A stretch of DNA of 63,733 bases, counting the filler, from Octopus bimaculoides (lineage: Eukaryota): assembly GCF_001194135.2 (NCBI RefSeq). It is 6 parts of 5 records of this genome, joined end to end, with 100 filler letters (N's around TTAATTAATTAA, not from the genome) between each part and the next. Parts side by side here need not be neighbours in the genome. Positions count along the whole stretch, not along the records: positions 62,218 to 63,733 come from NC_068988.1; 5 more parts are not named here. One strand, written 5' to 3'. The position numbers and the translations under genes are program-made. The notes beneath the pieces were generated by a model. It saw nothing but the letters and a program-made list of their open reading frames with translations. It had not been told where the DNA came from and searched no databases. Numbering within the stretch: position 1 is the stretch's first letter; each line of letters begins with the position of its first letter. Shown piece by piece: positions 62,512 to 63,733 of this stretch.

Positions 62512-62896
62512 CACATATAGATATCCGCATACATACATATGTATGTATATCAAATACCATGTTCTTGAATCTAATCTGCTCACAGAAACAATGGCTTGTA
62601 TATGCATATGAAAATAAATACAGGCAGACACACACATATTCACAGTAACGTATAGGTTTATGCGTGTCAGTAACATTACACAAAAAAAGTTCAACATTAA
62701 ATTGGAGAAGTACTCAGTACTTTTCAGTATAGGAAAAGTGTTATAGTAATTTCAAAGTTTTGGCAGAATAGGAGTCATCAAATTATGATGTAATTTGGTT
62801 TAATAAGCCTTGTATATATATATACAGTTTATACATAGTTTTTCCCCTTTGTGAGGGGAGGTCATCTAGTTATTGATACTTAGATGCTTGTGCACC

Positions 62897-63165
62897 CTAT
62901 GATTTATTCTGAGGTGTGGTATAAATAAATGTGTAGGGAGTGAAGGAGTAAATGATTGTGTAAGATGTGTAAATAGAGTGAATAGCGTAGGGAAATAAAA
63001 GAAAGCGTATATTCATAGAGTAGGATGGGGAGAAAAGGATTGGTGAAGACAATTTTTCTGGATTGACAAAAGAAGATTGTATTTCTTTGTTTGTAACTAA
63101 CAGTTTGATAAAATTTAGTGTGAGGGATTGTTCTTTGTTCATATATTGTTGTTTGGATTCAAGCA
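62897..63165 (-). mobile_element. Possible highly degenerate Penelope-like fragment
   Basis: LNFIKLLVTNK...PSYSMNI weakly resembles the PLE FLKLIDKHF...SYSCMPNI segment. Confidence 0.3.
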
Positions 63166-63379
63166 GAACATTTATAACTAGGCAAAAGTGGTTAGATTTA
63201 TAAAGTAGTTTATGTGGTAGATATGTTTCCTTACTCCCTTATTCATCACCCAACCATCATGGAGCTGCCTATCACTCTCTCTTCACCATTATCCACTCAC
63301 TCTGTTTCTCATCAATAATTCTCTCTTCCATCAACCTTCCAGTCATATTGTTTCTATTCAATCTCCTTACCAACAACTG

Positions 63380-63589
63380 TCATGTAGCTGTCGACCTCTT
63401 TTTCTTTTTCCCTTACCAGCATCACCCTTTCATGTTTGCTTACACACACACACACATTCACACACACACACACACATACACATGTAAGTATGTCTGTATG
63501 TATGCATATATGTATAACCACACACATACAGGTGTCGTGTGTGGATACATATATGCATATAAGGATGGATGAAAGGATTGATATGTATA

Positions 63590-63642
<53 letters not shown>

Positions 63643-63700
63643 TTGTATATATATATGTATGTATGTATGCATGTATGTATGTATGTATGTATACCCATGT
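63380..63700. repeat. Compound (CA)n/(TA)n/(TATG)n microsatellite
   Basis: Direct reading. Confidence 0.95.
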
Positions 63701-63733
63701 ACTTAGTGCTTCTTATGAGAAGTGAGTTGTGTC

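Overview
Animal genomic DNA from a gappy draft assembly, most likely a coleoid cephalopod such as Octopus. That assignment is inferred from the dense (CA)/(TA)/(CAT)/(ACAT) microsatellites, the SINE families and a cephalopod-like 18S variant. Five identical artificial spacers (44 N + TTAATTAATTAA + 44 N) split the window into six blocks (1-20428, 20529-29254, 29355-34613, 34714-59147, 59248-62117, 62218-63733), and adjacency across them is not established. Block 1 holds 17 minus-strand exons of a divergent IP3-receptor/RyR-superfamily Ca2+ channel gene. I rebuilt these by hand, and splice phases are compatible wherever no gap intervenes. Block 2 starts with the 5' end of an 18S rRNA gene and contains an L1/Tx1-type LINE fragment and a SINE array. 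Block 4 holds two exons of an intracellular LRR-protein gene (+). A candidate head-to-head minus-strand gene lies ~465 bp away, with a CRE and an E-box between them. The rest is TE debris: R4/Dong-, HERO-, RTE- and Penelope-like retroelements, mariner and hAT-like DNA elements, and at least four SINE families. Most ORFs in the supplied track are microsatellite or N-gap artefacts. No CRISPR or prokaryotic system is present, and I cannot support a wholly new system. The best leads are the non-canonical IP3R-like channel, the LRR gene/bidirectional promoter, and the head-to-tail SINE arrays and VNTR-bearing SINE. TE and SINE boundaries are approximate; exon boundaries were counted by hand.
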